Made by a program: the position numbers and the translations under genes. Under the pieces are notes generated by a model. It was not told the origin of the DNA. It worked only from the letters and a program-made list of their open reading frames with translations, and did no database searches. DNA of 32,000 bases from Propionibacterium freudenreichii subsp. freudenreichii (GTDB taxonomy: Bacteria; Actinomycetota; Actinomycetes; Propionibacteriales; Propionibacteriaceae). Below, one piece after another: positions 1-10,210 of this stretch. The first letter of the stretch is position 1, and each line of letters starts with the position of its first letter. The stretch covers positions 1,050,001 through 1,082,000 of the forward strand of contig NZ_CP010341.1 in the NCBI RefSeq assembly GCF_000940845.1. The letters run 5' to 3'.

Positions 1-2115
1 GACGTGGACCAGGTGCTCATCTCGGTGCTGTCGGGCCTGCTGTCCCATATTGGCCTGCTCGAGCAGAAGACCACCCGCAAGGACACCCGCCGTCGTGGCA
101 CCAAGCAGCGGCGCGCCTCGAACGAATACCTGGGGGCACGCGGCTCGCGCTTCGCGATCCAGCCCGGATCGGCCCTGTCGAAGCAGCCACCAGAGCTGTT
201 GATGGCCGTCGAGCTCGTGGAGACCAGCCGGCTGTGGGCCCGCACGGTGGCCGAGGTGCAGGCCGAATGGATCGAACAGGTGGGCGCCCACCAGCTGCGC
301 CACAACTATTCCGAGCCCCACTGGTCGTCCAGCGCGGCAGGAGTCCTGGCCTACGAGCGGGTGACCCTGTACGGGGTGCCGATCATCGCCGACCGCCTGG
401 CCGACTATGCCCGGGTCGACCCGCAGGTGGCCCGCGACATCTTCATCCGCTCGGGACTCGTCGAGGATGGCTGGGTCCCCGACGACACCCATGCCCCGCA
501 TGATTTCCTGGAGCACAACCGGCAGGTGCGCGCCCAGGTGGAGGAACTCGAGGAACGCACCCGGCGCCACGATCTGCTCGTGGACGACCAGACGATCTTC
601 GACTTCTATGACGAGCGCATCCCGGCCGATGTGCACTCGGCAGCAAGCTTTGACGCGTGGTGGTCACGGCAGGCCGACCACCACCTGCTCGACCTCGACG
701 TCGAGGCGATGATGCGCCCCGACGCGGACGGCGTGGACGGGTCCTCGTTCCCCGACCACTGGCAGGTCGGCGAGCTGAAGTTCCCGGTGAGCTATGTCTT
801 CGACCCCGGCTCCGGATCCGATGGCGTCACGGTGACCATCCCGCTGGCACAGCTCAACCAGGTGAGCGCCCAGCCGTTCAGCTGGCAGGTTCCGGGCCTT
901 CGTGGTGAGCTGGCCACCGAGCTGATCCGCTCCCTGCCCAAGTCGGTGCGCACGAATTTCGTGCCGGCGCCGGATCGTGCCCGCGAGGCCCTGCGTTGGT
1001 TGCGCGCCCACGAGCCGGATCGCAATGCCTGGTTCCATGACGAGCTCGGCCGTGCCCTGCGGGCGATCACGTCGGTGCCGGTGGCATCGACGGACTGGAA
1101 TCCGCGGGCCGTGTCGGGACACCTGCAGGTGAGCTTCCAGGTCACCGACGCTGGTCGCGTCGTGCGCACCGGCAAGGACCTCACGGCGATCCGTGACGAG
1201 CTGGCCGCCACGGTGACCAGGACACTCACGGCCGCCACCAACAGGGCGAGCACCCCCACTGGCACCACCTGGGTGTTCGGCGCCATCGATCCCGTGCGGC
1301 AGATCACGCGCCAGGGGCTCACCGTGAAGGGCTATCCGGCGCTGCGCGACGACGGCAACTCGGTCTCGCTGGTCACCACGCAGACGCCCGCTGACCAGGC
1401 GCGCAGCCACCGGGCCGGGGTGCGGCGCCTCCTGCTGCTCGCCGGACCTGATCCCACCAAGTGGGTGGTCGCCCGGATCGGCCGCGACCAGATGCTGTGG
1501 TTGAGCTCCAGCCCCTATGAATCGATGTCGGTGCTGCTTGCCGACGCCCGCCTCAAGGCGGTCGGACAGTCGGCTGAGCGCTTCACCGACCCGGCCGGGG
1601 TGCGCGACGAGGCCGATTTCGACAAGCTGCTGGTCGAGGTGCGGCAGGTACAGGCCGATCAGATGCGCTCCGTGGTGGACACCACTGCCCGGGCCCTGTC
1701 CTGGGCGCGGCAGGTGCGGGCCGACCTGGCGAATGCGCCGCGTCCCACCGCCGACGACGTGGGCGCCCAGGTGGACAACCTGGTGTTTCCCGGCTTCATC
1801 TCCTTCACGCGCGACCCGTGGTTCGCCCACCTGCCCCGCTACCTACAGGGGGCCTCCCTGCGCCTGGATGCGGCCGCCGCGAATCCGGCACGCGATGCGC
1901 AGTCGCAGGAGATCATCGATGAGCTGTTGGCCGAATACGACGAGTTGTGCGATGCGCAGCCCTCGGGGCCCCTTCCCGATGCGGTGGACGACATCGGCTT
2001 CGCGATCGAGGAGCTTCGGGTGCAATTGTTCGCCCAGCGACTGGGCACCAGCCAGCCGGTGTCACCCAAGCGCATCCGCAAGATGATCGCCCGGGTGCGA
2101 GGGGCCGACGCCTGA
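1..2115 (+). CDS. hrpA: ATP-dependent RNA helicase HrpA, C-terminal part (5' partial, runs off window start)
   Basis: Frame-1 ORF is open from base 1 and stops at TGA 2113-2115. The translation carries HrpA C-terminal hallmarks (YLGARGSRFAIQPGSAL, ELVETSRLWARTVAEVQAEWIEQVG, VTLYGVPIIADR) and a long DUF3418-type tail. The overlapping antisense ORFs are Arg/Gly/Pro-rich shadow ORFs. Confidence 0.9.
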   Translation, partial: DVDQVLISVLSGLLSHIGLLEQKTTRKDTRRRGTKQRRASNEYLGARGSRFAIQPGSALSKQPPELLMAVELVETSRLWARTVAEVQAEWIEQVGAHQLRHNYSEPHWSSSAAGVLAYERVTLYGVPIIADRLADYARVDPQVARDIFIRSGLVEDGWVPDDTHAPHDFLEHNRQVRAQVEELEERTRRHDLLVDDQTIFDFYDERIPADVHSAASFDAWWSRQADHHLLDLDVEAMMRPDADGVDGSSFPDHWQVGELKFPVSYVFDPGSGSDGVTVTIPLAQLNQVSAQPFSWQVPGLRGELATELIRSLPKSVRTNFVPAPDRAREALRWLRAHEPDRNAWFHDELGRALRAITSVPVASTDWNPRAVSGHLQVSFQVTDAGRVVRTGKDLTAIRDELAATVTRTLTAATNRASTPTGTTWVFGAIDPVRQITRQGLTVKGYPALRDDGNSVSLVTTQTPADQARSHRAGVRRLLLLAGPDPTKWVVARIGRDQMLWLSSSPYESMSVLLADARLKAVGQSAERFTDPAGVRDEADFDKLLVEVRQVQADQMRSVVDTTARALSWARQVRADLANAPRPTADDVGAQVDNLVFPGFISFTRDPWFAHLPRYLQGASLRLDAAAANPARDAQSQEIIDELLAEYDELCDAQPSGPLPDAVDDIGFAIEELRVQLFAQRLGTSQPVSPKRIRKMIARVRGADA

Positions 2116-2222
2116 TCGGTGGCACCGGGCCCCTCGCCGCCCGGTCGCATCGGCGGGGCGACATCACGACCATCCCGGGTGGTTGGCGTGCCAGCGCCGA
2201 CAGGTCGTGGCAGAGTGAACCC

Positions 2223-3098
2223 ATGCCAGCAACTACGGACGAACTCGTTGATCTCCTGCGCCTGGAACCGGCGCCCGACAACGTCTTCGTCGGTCGCCAT
2301 CCGCGCACGATGATGCAACGAACCTATGGCGGACAGGTGCTGGCGCAGGCCCTCATCGCCGCCTACGGCACCGTCCCGACGGGGCGCGTCGCCCATTCCC
2401 TGGATGCCTATTTCATTCGGCCGGGCATGGCCAGCGCGGACATCGAATACGCCGTCGAGCCCTTGCGCGACGGCCGCAGCTTCTCGTCGCGGCGGGTCAC
2501 CGCCCTGCAGGATGGTCGCGCCATCTTCACCATGTCGAGTTCCTTCCACGAGCTGGAACCGGGCTTCGACCATTCCGATCCCGAACCGCTCGACGTGCCC
2601 CCGCCCCAGGAATGTCCCTCCTTCATCGAGACGATCGAGGAACGTTACGGCGATGCGGCGATCTGGCACGAATGGGACGCCCTCGACGTGCGCTATGTGG
2701 GGGACGGCACCCCGGGTGGTGGCATGCCGGACGATCCCACGCGCCGGGCGCGCATGCGGGTGTGGGTCAAGACCACGGCGGCCCTGCCCGATGAGATCTC
2801 CATCCACCAGGCGATCCTTGCCTATCTGTCAGACCTGACGTTGCTGTCGGTGGCGACGCTGCCACACGGCGTGGCGTTCATGTCGAACCAGCTGCAGATC
2901 GCCAGCATCGACCACGTCATGTGGTTCCACCGCGCATCCAGGGCCGACGAGTGGCTGCTCTACGACATGGAGTCGCCCTCCGCCAGCCATTCACTGGGCC
3001 TGTCCATGGGCCGGTTGTTCCAGAACGGCCAGATCACCGCCAACTGCGCCCAGGAGGGCCTGATTCGCGTCGTGGCGGACCGGCCGCCACTCAGCTGA
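2223..3098 (+). CDS. tesB: acyl-CoA thioesterase II
   Basis: ATG at 2223 gives 291 aa starting MPATTDELVDLLRLEP. A double hot-dog TesB-like pattern is present (RTYGGQVLAQAL, RDGRSFSSRRVTALQDGRAIF, ASIDHVMWFH, GLSMGRLF). The track ORF's upstream extension (1947-2222) overlaps the hrpA end and looks non-coding. Confidence 0.85.
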   Translation: MPATTDELVDLLRLEPAPDNVFVGRHPRTMMQRTYGGQVLAQALIAAYGTVPTGRVAHSLDAYFIRPGMASADIEYAVEPLRDGRSFSSRRVTALQDGRAIFTMSSSFHELEPGFDHSDPEPLDVPPPQECPSFIETIEERYGDAAIWHEWDALDVRYVGDGTPGGGMPDDPTRRARMRVWVKTTAALPDEISIHQAILAYLSDLTLLSVATLPHGVAFMSNQLQIASIDHVMWFHRASRADEWLLYDMESPSASHSLGLSMGRLFQNGQITANCAQEGLIRVVADRPPLS

Positions 3099-3112
3099 GC
3101 GGCGGTGTCTCC

Positions 3113-4453
3113 TCAACTGACCTGATAGCCCTGCTGCTTTGCGTAGGCGATCAACTCGTCCTGCCACGAGCGCACGCCGTTGACCAGGGTTGTCTCGCGA
3201 CGGAAGGCGGCGCCGGCGGTGCTGCCGAAGGCGCTGCGCGCATGGATCTCATAGGGCAGGAACTGATGGTTGGGCAGCACATTCCTTGCGGCCTGTGACA
3301 ACACCTGGTTGAACTTCTGACCGCCGAAGTACTCGCTGACGCCGCCGTCCGGTGTGGTCAGGGTCGTCTGGTCCAGGAACTCGGCGCTGCCCAGGGTGTC
3401 GTTGTCGGCCGGAAAGGCCCCGTCCAGCACGCGTCCCCTGATCCCCTCGGAATCATGGGTGGCGTAGTCCATGAACTTGTAGGCCGCGGCGGCCTTCTCG
3501 TCGGAGGTGGTGCGCATGATGGACAGGGTCGAGCCGCCATTCTCGGAATTCTGTGTACCGCCGGGCTCCCAGGTGGGGGTCTGCGCCACCCGGAACCTGC
3601 CCGCGCCCTGCGGCACATCGGAGAGCAGGCTGTGCGGCAGCCAGCCGCCCGCCAGCACCGAGGCGATCGTGCCGTCGGACAATCCCCGGTCCCAGTCGTT
3701 CGACCATTCCACGGTCCTGGTGTCGATGAGGTCCTCGTCGATCATGCGTTGCCAGTAGGCGGTCCACCGTTGGGTTCCGGCATCGTCAGTGAGGTTGATG
3801 GCGACCTTCTTGCGATGCGTCGAGAAGGGCTGCCCACCGGCCTGCCACACCATGGAATCGAAGAACCCGGGGTCGCCTGCATCGGAGGTGATGTACTTGC
3901 CGATCGCGCGGATCTTCCGGGCGGCCTGGTAGTACTCCTCCCAGGTGGCAGGGGCCCGGTCGACGCCGGCGGCGTCGAAGACCTCCTTGTTGTAGAACAA
4001 CGCCATCGGGCCGGAGTCCAGGGGCAGGGCATAGACCTTGTTGTCCAGGTTGACCGAATTCCAGGTGCCGGGCGTGTAGAAGTCCTTGTAGCCCTTCGCC
4101 CCGTAGTCCGACAGGTCCTTCACGGCGTCCCTGCTCGCGAATTCAGGGAGGGCGTAGTACTCGATCTGGGCGGCATCGGGCACACCCTTCCCCGTCTGCA
4201 GGGCCCGGTTGAGGGCCTGGTACTGGTCCGTCGTCGTGCCGGCATTGGTCACCGTGACCGACACATTGGGATTGGCCTTGTTGAACCGCTGCGCCGCGCG
4301 CTCGATGGTGGAGTCCCAGGCCCACACGGTGACCCGCACCTTCTTGTTCGGGTCCAGGCTGGGCGCCGAGCGTGCCGCACCTGCGCAGGACGTCACGGTC
4401 AACGCCAACACCGAAGCCAGCAACACTGCCGCCACCCTGCGGGCGAGCCTCAT
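3113..4453 (-). CDS. ABC transporter extracellular solute-binding lipoprotein (sugar-type, family 1)
   Basis: ATG at 4453 is preceded by AGGAG. The N-terminus MRLARRVAAVLLASVLALTVTSC is a lipoprotein signal with a lipobox Cys. The 446-aa body looks like a carbohydrate solute-binding protein (SBP). No permease or ATPase genes follow it; tesB is convergent 14 bp away. Confidence 0.85.
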   Translation of the reverse strand: MRLARRVAAVLLASVLALTVTSCAGAARSAPSLDPNKKVRVTVWAWDSTIERAAQRFNKANPNVSVTVTNAGTTTDQYQALNRALQTGKGVPDAAQIEYYALPEFASRDAVKDLSDYGAKGYKDFYTPGTWNSVNLDNKVYALPLDSGPMALFYNKEVFDAAGVDRAPATWEEYYQAARKIRAIGKYITSDAGDPGFFDSMVWQAGGQPFSTHRKKVAINLTDDAGTQRWTAYWQRMIDEDLIDTRTVEWSNDWDRGLSDGTIASVLAGGWLPHSLLSDVPQGAGRFRVAQTPTWEPGGTQNSENGGSTLSIMRTTSDEKAAAAYKFMDYATHDSEGIRGRVLDGAFPADNDTLGSAEFLDQTTLTTPDGGVSEYFGGQKFNQVLSQAARNVLPNHQFLPYEIHARSAFGSTAGAAFRRETTLVNGVRSWQDELIAYAKQQGYQVS

Positions 4454-4722
4454 CGATCCACTCCTGTTGTCCTGTGCGCCGTCGCGACGCGTTGAGCTGT
4501 CCGCCACGTGGGGCAGGGCCATCATCTGCTGGCCCGCGCCCAGCGGCGCACTTCCGGCGGGCCCCCACGGCGGTTCACGATGACGGTCCCCAGTGATCCT
4601 GTCACGATCATGTGTGGGACGCATATGGCCGATCGGGGGCACCCGTGCAGTGGGCCCGCCCAGCGGGTCGCCGGTGGCCGGCGGGGCACCGGGCGATGCA
4701 CAATGGCGGGGGGTGATGCCGG

Positions 4723-5738
4723 ATGGATGACCAGCGCAGGAATGTGTCGATGCAGGACATCGCGAGGGAAGCGGGAGTGTCATCGCAGACCGTCTCGCGG
4801 GTGTCCAACGGGAGCGATTCCGTACGTCCCGCGACCCGCGACATGGTGCTGGCCGTCATGGATCGGCTGGGATATCGGCCGAACTTCGCGGCGAGGGCGC
4901 TCAAGCGGGGGCGCTTCAAGGCCATCGGGGTGGCGATGTTCGACATCGTCGCCACCGGGAACCTGTTGACGCTGGAGGGCATCACCAAGGCCGCCAGCGA
5001 CCTGGACTATGCGGTCACGATCACCATGATGGGCAAGGGCCAGCAACGCTCCCTGGCGGCCGTGGTGGAACGGATGAAGAACCTCCCCGTCGACGGGTGA
5101 TCGTGATCCTCGAACAGATGCTGCCCGATGTGGGCACCTTCGTTCCCCCGGCGGGAATGGAGGTGCTGCTGGTCACCAGTGCGCAGTCGACGACGATGAG
5201 CACCATCGACGAGGACGAGTACGGGTGCTCGACCATGGTGACCAACTACTTCCTTGACCGGGGACACCGGACCGTCCACTTCGTGTCGGGCCCCGAGGAG
5301 TCCCTGGACAGCCATTTCCGTGAGCAGGGCTGGATCGACGCGTTGGCGCGCCGCGGCGTGGTCGCCCCGCCGGTGATCCGGGGTGATTGGTCGGCGGACA
5401 GTGGATTCAACGCCGGACTGGAGCTGGCGCACGTCAAGGATTGCACCGCGATCTACGCCGCGAATGACAATGAGGCCTATGGGGTGATGCAGGGGCTGGC
5501 CGCGGCGGGGAAGAGGGTTCCCGACGATGTCAGCGTCATCGGGGTCGACGATGTTCTGCGCAACCTCATCCCTCGGCTCACCCTGACCAGCGTGAAGATG
5601 AACTTCGGGGCGGTGGGGCGCCGGGCGTTCCGGATGGTGGCCCGGGCCATCGAGGATCCCCAACGCTCCCGGCCCACCCGGGAGCTCATTCCCGGCGTAC
5701 TGGTTGAGCGTTCCTCGGTGCGTGACCTGACGCGCTGA
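4723..5738 (+). pseudogene. LacI-family transcriptional regulator, split by a 1-nt frameshift at 5095-5100
   Basis: ORF 4723-5100 encodes the HTH (MQDIAREAGVSSQTVSRVSNG) and the start of the sugar-binding domain, ending ...NLPVDG-TGA. ORF 5097-5738, in the -1 frame, continues VIVILEQ... through the rest of the periplasmic-binding-like domain (IYAANDNEAYGVMQGL, SVIGVDD). The junction gtcgacGGGtgatc would read VDGVIV if the G-run had one more G. Confidence 0.75.
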
Positions 5739-5753
5739 CATGTCGCCGGACGC

Positions 5754-5791
5754 GATATGGCCGGCCACCCGTGGGGGTGACCGGCCATATC
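5754..5791. terminator. bidirectional hairpin between convergent LacI-family gene and sigB-like gene
   Basis: GATATGGCCGG (5754-5764) and CCGGCCATATC (5781-5791) form a perfect 11-bp inverted repeat. Inner CACCC/GGGTG pairing extends it. There is no clear U-tract on either strand. Confidence 0.5.
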
Positions 5792-5840
5792 TTCAGCAAC
5801 GATCGGATGGCGTGGCGGCCGGGGAGGCCGTCGCGGCAAC

Positions 5841-6770
5841 TCAGGCGGCTGCAGCGGAGGTGCGCAGCTGGTTGAGCGCTGCGCGCTCGATCTGGCGCAC
5901 GCGCTCAGCGGTGATGCCCCACACCTTGCCGATGTCGGACAGCTTGGCCTGATGTCCGTCGAGCAGCCCGTAGCGGCGACGCATGACGTCGGCGGAGCGG
6001 TCATCGAGGTTGGCCAACAGCGCCTCGAGGCGGCTGCGGTCCTCCAGGTCGAGCACCAGCTCGTCGGGTCCCGGCGCGGTTTCGCGGGCGATCAGATCGC
6101 CCAGCGAGGTGTCGCCGTCGTCCTCGACCGGGGCGTCGAGGCTGACATGCTCACGCGAGTACCTGATGAGGTCGATGACCTTGTTCTCCTCGAGGCCGAG
6201 CTCGTTGGCGATCTCGGAGACCTCGGGCTCGCGACCGAGCTGGCGCTCCAGGTTGCGGCGTACCGCGGAGATCTGGTTCACCTGTTCGGCCACGTGCACC
6301 GGCAGGCGCACGATGCGTCCCTGCTGGGCGATGCCGCGGCTGATCGCCTGGCGTACCCACCACGTGGCGTAGGTGGAGAACTTGAAGCCCTTCGCGTAGT
6401 CGAACTTCTCGACCGCGCGGATCAGGCCCGTGTTCCCCTCCTGCACGAGGTCGAGCAGGGGCATCTGGCTGCGTCCGTACTTGCGGGCCACCGACACGAC
6501 GAGGCGCAGGTTGGCGCGCACGAAGTGCTGCATGGCGCGCTCACCCTCCTCGGCGATGCCGAGCAGTTCTTCCTCAGTGGCCTTGGTCTTTGTCTTGACC
6601 TCACCACGAAGGACGGCCTGGGCATATTGACCAACCTCGATGAGGCGGGCAAGCTCCACCTCTTCAGCGGCTGTGAGCAGGGGGGTCTTGGCAATCGACT
6701 CGAGGTAGAGGCCAACCGAGTCCTTGCCGTCGATACCGTCGTTGCTGCGCACGCGAGTCTTTGAATCCAT
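5841..6770 (-). CDS. sigB: group 2 (SigB-like) sigma-70 family RNA polymerase sigma factor
   Basis: 309 aa from ATG 6770, preceded by GGAAGGG. Regions 1.2-4 are present without a long N-terminal extension ([82 protein letters not shown]). Confidence 0.9.
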   Translation of the reverse strand: MDSKTRVRSNDGIDGKDSVGLYLESIAKTPLLTAAEEVELARLIEVGQYAQAVLRGEVKTKTKATEEELLGIAEEGERAMQHFVRANLRLVVSVARKYGRSQMPLLDLVQEGNTGLIRAVEKFDYAKGFKFSTYATWWVRQAISRGIAQQGRIVRLPVHVAEQVNQISAVRRNLERQLGREPEVSEIANELGLEENKVIDLIRYSREHVSLDAPVEDDGDTSLGDLIARETAPGPDELVLDLEDRSRLEALLANLDDRSADVMRRRYGLLDGHQAKLSDIGKVWGITAERVRQIERAALNQLRTSAAAA

Positions 6771-6860
6771 GGGGTTCCCTTCCGTGTCCTCGTAAGTGTG
6801 TAACGCTCAACTGTGCGGAATCCATGCCAAAGCTGGCAGATCCATTGAAAAGAGCTCGGG

Positions 6861-6896
6861 TTGCGGGTATACGTACGACCACGGTCGCACCCGCAA
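6861..6896. promoter_or_regulatory. inverted repeat in sigB/sigA divergent intergenic region
   Basis: TTGCGGGT (6861-6868) pairs with ACCCGCAA (6889-6896), 8 bp. The enclosed segment contains the inner palindrome CGACC-AC-GGTCG and TACGTA. The repeat lies about 90 bp upstream of the sigB start. Function unknown. Confidence 0.3.
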
Positions 6897-7128
6897 GGTG
6901 ATCGTCAACGTCCCCGGGTGCAGGCGCGGTCTCGTCGTGCTTCGGGCCTCGTGGGGGTGGGATGTCCCGCCAACAGGGCGCGGCTCCCGGACGCTGACGG
7001 CGTCTCGGACTTGGGTCGGCGCCTATCGCGTGACAGACTAGGGGACGGTGCGCCCTTGACAGTAGCAGGCTTTCGCGCACCCTGAATCGCGGTTCAGCCA
7101 TCATCTTGGGTAGTTTGAAAGGTCGCTT

Positions 7129-8658
<1,530 letters not shown>

Positions 8659-8684
8659 GCGACCACGTGAGCGCTGAAGCGCTG

Positions 8685-8726
8685 AACAGCAGGGGCCCCG
8701 GAGAATTCTCCTGGGCCCCTGCTGTT
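8685..8726. terminator. bidirectional hairpin between convergent sigA and ldh
   Basis: AACAGCAGGGGCCC (8685-8698) and GGGCCCCTGCTGTT (8713-8726) form a perfect 14-bp inverted repeat. The centre contains a second palindrome, GGAGAATTCTCC (8700-8711). Confidence 0.65.
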
Positions 8727-8745
8727 CGATGTGGGACGTAGTGGC

Positions 8746-9711
8746 TCAGTAGCCGATGGACTTGATGGTGTCCTTCAACACATTGGCCGACGCCGTCAGT
8801 TCCTGGTGTTCCCGATCGGTCATCGGTACCTCGATGGGCCGCACGATGCCCTGGTTGCTGATCAGGGTCGGCACCGACAGTGCGACATCGGAAATGCCGT
8901 AGTAGTCATCGAGGATGCTCGACACCGGCAGCATCGAGGGGGTCGCCGACAGCAGCTGGTCCAGCAGGAATGACCCCGACAGGCCGATCGCATAGTTCGT
9001 GGAGCCCTTGCCGGCAATCACCTGGTAGGCGGCGTCTGCCACGTCCTTGGCGATCTCATTGGTGGCGGCATCGGTGAACGGGCGGTTTCCCTGCTCGTCG
9101 GTCCACTCGAGGATGGGGGTCACGCCGATGCGCGCGCTCGACCACAGTGCGAACTCGGTGTCGCCGTGCTCACCGGCCATGACGGCCTCGACGTTGCGTT
9201 CACGCACATGCGCCCGGCGCGCAATCAGGTGGCGCAACCGTGCGGTGTCCAGTCCCGTGCCGGTCGCGAACACCCTGTTGGTGGGAAGCCCGGACACCTT
9301 CTGCGCCACCACGGCCAGCACATCGCAGGGGTTGGCGACGATCACGTACAGGGCGCCGGGGGAGACCTCAAGCATCTTGGGCATGACGTCGGCGATGATC
9401 TTGGCGTTGATGCCGGCCAGGTCCAGCCGTGACTGGCCCGGCTTCTGCGGTGCGCCGGAGGTGATCACGATCACATCGCAGTCGCGCATCGAGGACACAT
9501 CGGCGCCGCCGATCACCTCGGGCTCGGCGAAGATGGATCCGTGGGCAAGGTCTGCCACCTGGGCATCCACGCGCAACTTGTCGATGTCATAGAGGCTGAT
9601 GATCGGTGCGGTGTCGCGGATCAGGCAGGCATAGGCGAGGGCCGAGCCGACCTGGCCGGCCCCCACGATCCCAACTTTCGGAAGGTCTCTGCGCAGCGGC
9701 GCATTGGACAT
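8746..9711 (-). CDS. ldh: L-lactate dehydrogenase
   Basis: 321 aa from ATG 9711, preceded by AAGGAGA. It has the Rossmann motif VGIVGAGQVGSALAY, the substrate loop SGAPQKPGQSRLDL (Gln, as in LDH, rather than Arg, as in MDH), and the catalytic-His motif AGEHGDTEF. Confidence 0.85.
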   Translation of the reverse strand: MSNAPLRRDLPKVGIVGAGQVGSALAYACLIRDTAPIISLYDIDKLRVDAQVADLAHGSIFAEPEVIGGADVSSMRDCDVIVITSGAPQKPGQSRLDLAGINAKIIADVMPKMLEVSPGALYVIVANPCDVLAVVAQKVSGLPTNRVFATGTGLDTARLRHLIARRAHVRERNVEAVMAGEHGDTEFALWSSARIGVTPILEWTDEQGNRPFTDAATNEIAKDVADAAYQVIAGKGSTNYAIGLSGSFLLDQLLSATPSMLPVSSILDDYYGISDVALSVPTLISNQGIVRPIEVPMTDREHQELTASANVLKDTIKSIGY

Positions 9712-9856
9712 GGTTGTCTCCTTAGAGAGAGTCGGGCCGTGCCCGGTCGCGAACGACCCATGGCATCAGCGACCCGATGAATATGTCTGTGGACATCTCC
9801 AACGTCGCCGGCTCTCAGGGGACAGCGGTTACTCGTGACCGCTTCAGGGCATCTGG

Positions 9857-10048
9857 TCAGTTGACCAGGCTCACATCGCCTTCGAGCTTCACCGCAACCT
9901 GCTTGATCTTCTCGGCATGGGCGCGGGCGTGGTGGGCGCAGAAGAGGAGCACGCCACCGTTGGCCAAGCGGACCCGAAGGTGTGCCTGGGCGCCACAGCG
10001 GTCGCAACGATCGGCCGCGGTCAACTGGGTGTTGTCCATCACTGTCAT
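9857..10048 (-). CDS. small conserved actinobacterial protein with CxxC...CxHH motif (DUF7455-like, from memory)
   Basis: ATG at 10048 is preceded by GGGAG 8 nt upstream and gives 63 aa: MTVMDNTQLTAADRCDRCGAQAHLRVRLANGGVLLFCAHHARAHAEKIKQVAVKLEGDVSLVN. As I recall, a similar small gene sits between hrdB and the parE-like gene in Streptomyces. The track ORF's upstream extension is Pro/Arg-rich and unlikely to be coding. Confidence 0.6.
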   Translation of the reverse strand: MTVMDNTQLTAADRCDRCGAQAHLRVRLANGGVLLFCAHHARAHAEKIKQVAVKLEGDVSLVN

Positions 10049-10198
10049 GCTCACATCTCCCACCCTACGCGGCTGGGCCAAGCCGGGGCGTTCGGGGGAC
10101 CAACCGGCGTGGCCGGACGGTGCGCCGGCCGCGCGGTCGCGGATGCGCAGCGCTGGTGGCGGTGATGTGCCCGGATGAGTTCTGTGGGCGGGGCCGAC

Positions 10199-10204
10199 TA
10201 GGCT
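10199..10204 (+). promoter_or_regulatory. candidate -10 hexamer (TAGGCT) positioned for a leaderless parE transcript
   Basis: TAGGCT fits the actinobacterial TANNNT -10 pattern. It is followed by a 6-nt spacer (caccac) and then GTG at 10211. There is no Shine-Dalgarno-like purine run upstream of the GTG. Confidence 0.35.
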
Positions 10205-10210
10205 CACCAC

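Noticed and set aside
4454-4783. An upstream extension of the solute-binding protein ORF, 110 extra codons in the track.
   Set aside because: The extension is Pro/Arg/Gly-rich. The ATG at 4453 has an AGGAG SD and starts exactly at a lipoprotein signal peptide.
7056-7061. A perfect TTGACA as the sigA -35 element.
   Set aside because: No TANNNT hexamer lies at 16-19 nt spacing. The only nearby TANNNT (TAGTTT, 7111-7116) is too far away and would leave almost no leader. I do not call a promoter here.
9853-9868. The palindrome CTGGTCA-GT-TGACCAG overlapping the stop codon of the small CxxC protein, as a possible terminator or ldh promoter element.
   Set aside because: The 2-nt centre makes a poor RNA hairpin. 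No matching -10 element for ldh could be identified downstream. It is too weak to call.
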